A DNA stretch of 64,000 nt from Bacillus subtilis subsp. subtilis str. 168 (lineage in GTDB: Bacteria; Bacillota; Bacilli; Bacillales; Bacillaceae), in the NCBI RefSeq assembly GCF_000009045.1, contig NC_000964.3:1178001-1242000 (forward strand), read 5' to 3'. The number at the start of each line of letters is the position of its first letter. Position 1 is the stretch's first letter. Of the stretch, positions 62,356-64,000 are shown piece after piece. A model generated the notes under the pieces. That model saw nothing but the letters and a program-made list of their open reading frames with translations. It ran no database searches and was not told the DNA's origin. A program made the translations under genes and the position numbers.

Positions 62356-64000
62356 ATGGCGCATACATCTGTCGCATCTTTAGTTGTTGTACTTATCGTT
62401 GCATTTTTGACACCCATCCTTTTGCATCGGTTTAAACTCAGCATCCCGGTTGTTGTTGCTGAAATCATTATGGGGCTGATAATTGGGAAAAGCGGCCTTA
62501 ATTTAGTTGTGGAGGGTGACACCTGGCTCCAGACACTCTCTATGCTCGGATTTATCTTTTTAATGTTTTTAAGCGGGCTTGAAATTGATTTTTCGTCGTT
62601 TGAGAAAGGAAAGAAAAAGCAGTTCCTGCCGAATGGCAAGGAAGCGCCGAATACGTTTGCTGCGGCATCTGTTATTTTCGTCGGTATTTTTATTTTATCA
62701 TTGCTCTTGTCCTATGGGTTCGTCTTGGCCGGATTTATCCAAAATGCATTTTTGATGACCCTGATTATTTCAACGATTTCATTAGGCGTTGTCGTTCCAA
62801 CATTAAAAGAAGAACGGATCATGAATTCGAATATCGGGCAGATTATTTTGCTTGTTGCTGTTATTGCTGATTTGGCCACGATGATTCTTCTTGCTGTTTT
62901 TTCTTCTTTATACGGAGAGGACAGCGGAAACATGTGGCTCCTGATGATTCTGTTTGCGGCCGGAGTGGTGCTTTACTTTTTCGGCCGGGTCTTCAAACAT
63001 CGCTCTTTTGTTCAATCCATGTCAAAAGGGACGATCCAGATCGGGACGCGTGCCATTTTTACGTTAATCATTGTACTCGTTGCCCTGTCTGAATCACTTG
63101 GGGCGGAAAATATTCTCGGCGCTTTCTTAGCGGGGGTTCTTGTTTCCCTGCTTTCGCCAAACAAAGAACTTGTTCAGCAGCTGGACTCATTCGGTTATGG
63201 GTTCTTAATACCGATTTTCTTCGTGATGGTCGGTGTGAAGCTTGATATTTGGACTCTTTTCCAGGATAAAACAATTTTAATCATGATTCCGCTCCTGCTG
63301 CTTGCGCTGTTAGTCAGCAAAATCATTCCTGTCATGTACTTAAAGAAGTGGTATGATAACCGAACCATTTTCGCGTCTGGTTTCCTGCTGACATCAACGC
63401 TTTCGCTCGTGATTGCTGCTGCAACAATCGGCCAGCAGCTTCACGTGATCAGTACAAATATGTCAGGAGCGCTAATTTTAGTAGCCGTCATTGCAAGTAT
63501 TTTTACGCCGATCTGTTTTAAAAAATTATACAAACGGGAAGAGCAGCCGGAGGAGAAAAAGACGATTACGTTCATTGGCGCCAATCAAATGACTTTGCCT
63601 GTCACACTCGAATTGCCAGAGGAAGAGTATGACGTGCGTGTTGTACACGTCTACCAAGAGAATGCGGAGGAAAAGCTGTCAGAATCAGTGTTTGCTGTTG
63701 AAACAATTTCTGACTATGAACACGAGACGCTTGAATCACTCGGCATTTTTGAAACGGATATCCTCGTTGTGGCGACAGGAAATGAAGATATGAATGCAGA
63801 CATTGCATTACTTGCAAAAGATAAAGGCACAGAAAGAGTCATTGCAAGCGTAGGATCACCGGAGCATGAAGCAGCTCTGAAGGAGCAGGGAATCAGCATC
63901 TTTTCTATTCTGCTGTCGACAAAAACGCTGCTTCGCGCACTGATTGAAGCGCCTGGCGTCATGAAGCTGCTCACGAACCAAGAGTCTTCGCTGTATCAAA
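62356..64000 (+). CDS. yjbQ: CPA2-family cation/H+ antiporter with C-terminal TrkA-type domain, 3' end beyond the window
   Basis: ATG 62356 after AAAGGAGG; MAHTSVASLVVVLIVAF..., FLMFLSGLEID, LGAFLAG; absent from the ORF track because no stop lies inside the window. Confidence 0.88.
   Translation, partial: MAHTSVASLVVVLIVAFLTPILLHRFKLSIPVVVAEIIMGLIIGKSGLNLVVEGDTWLQTLSMLGFIFLMFLSGLEIDFSSFEKGKKKQFLPNGKEAPNTFAAASVIFVGIFILSLLLSYGFVLAGFIQNAFLMTLIISTISLGVVVPTLKEERIMNSNIGQIILLVAVIADLATMILLAVFSSLYGEDSGNMWLLMILFAAGVVLYFFGRVFKHRSFVQSMSKGTIQIGTRAIFTLIIVLVALSESLGAENILGAFLAGVLVSLLSPNKELVQQLDSFGYGFLIPIFFVMVGVKLDIWTLFQDKTILIMIPLLLLALLVSKIIPVMYLKKWYDNRTIFASGFLLTSTLSLVIAAATIGQQLHVISTNMSGALILVAVIASIFTPICFKKLYKREEQPEEKKTITFIGANQMTLPVTLELPEEEYDVRVVHVYQENAEEKLSESVFAVETISDYEHETLESLGIFETDILVVATGNEDMNADIALLAKDKGTERVIASVGSPEHEAALKEQGISIFSILLSTKTLLRALIEAPGVMKLLTNQESSLYQ

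Overview
Core-chromosome window of Bacillus subtilis. Gene order, protein lengths and the appA frameshift match strain 168 as I recall it (roughly 1.178-1.242 Mb, yitH to yjbQ; not checked by alignment). It contains the SAM-riboswitch-controlled yitJ, the yitPOM / yizB-yitQR / nprB peptide-toxin locus (an sdpABC paralog), ipi, the argCJBD-carAB-argF operon, med-comZ, fabHA-fabF, two oligopeptide ABC systems (app with frameshifted appA, and opp), T-box-controlled trpS, spx, mecA, coiA, pepF, the RoxS sRNA, spxH-yjbI, cwlQ and the yjbK-relQ-ppnKA-yjbO-prpE-yjbQ cluster. I found no rRNA, tRNA, CRISPR array, IS element or prophage. The one self-contained accessory system is the YIT toxin locus, which has already been described. 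Less well-trodden points seen in the sequence: (1) a PadR + HAAS-domain pair, with YitR looking like a stand-alone copy of the YitQ membrane domain; (2) a Cys-free acidic toxin core beside a maturase that keeps the gamma-carboxylase Lys motif; (3) an in-frame lipoprotein signal upstream of the 'intracellular' inhibitor Ipi, and a similar two-start layout in pepF; (4) two small ORFs below the 60-aa cutoff, besides the known yizD; (5) a clean 6-TM half-MFS; (6) a non-canonical ACG/ATT start for yjbB.
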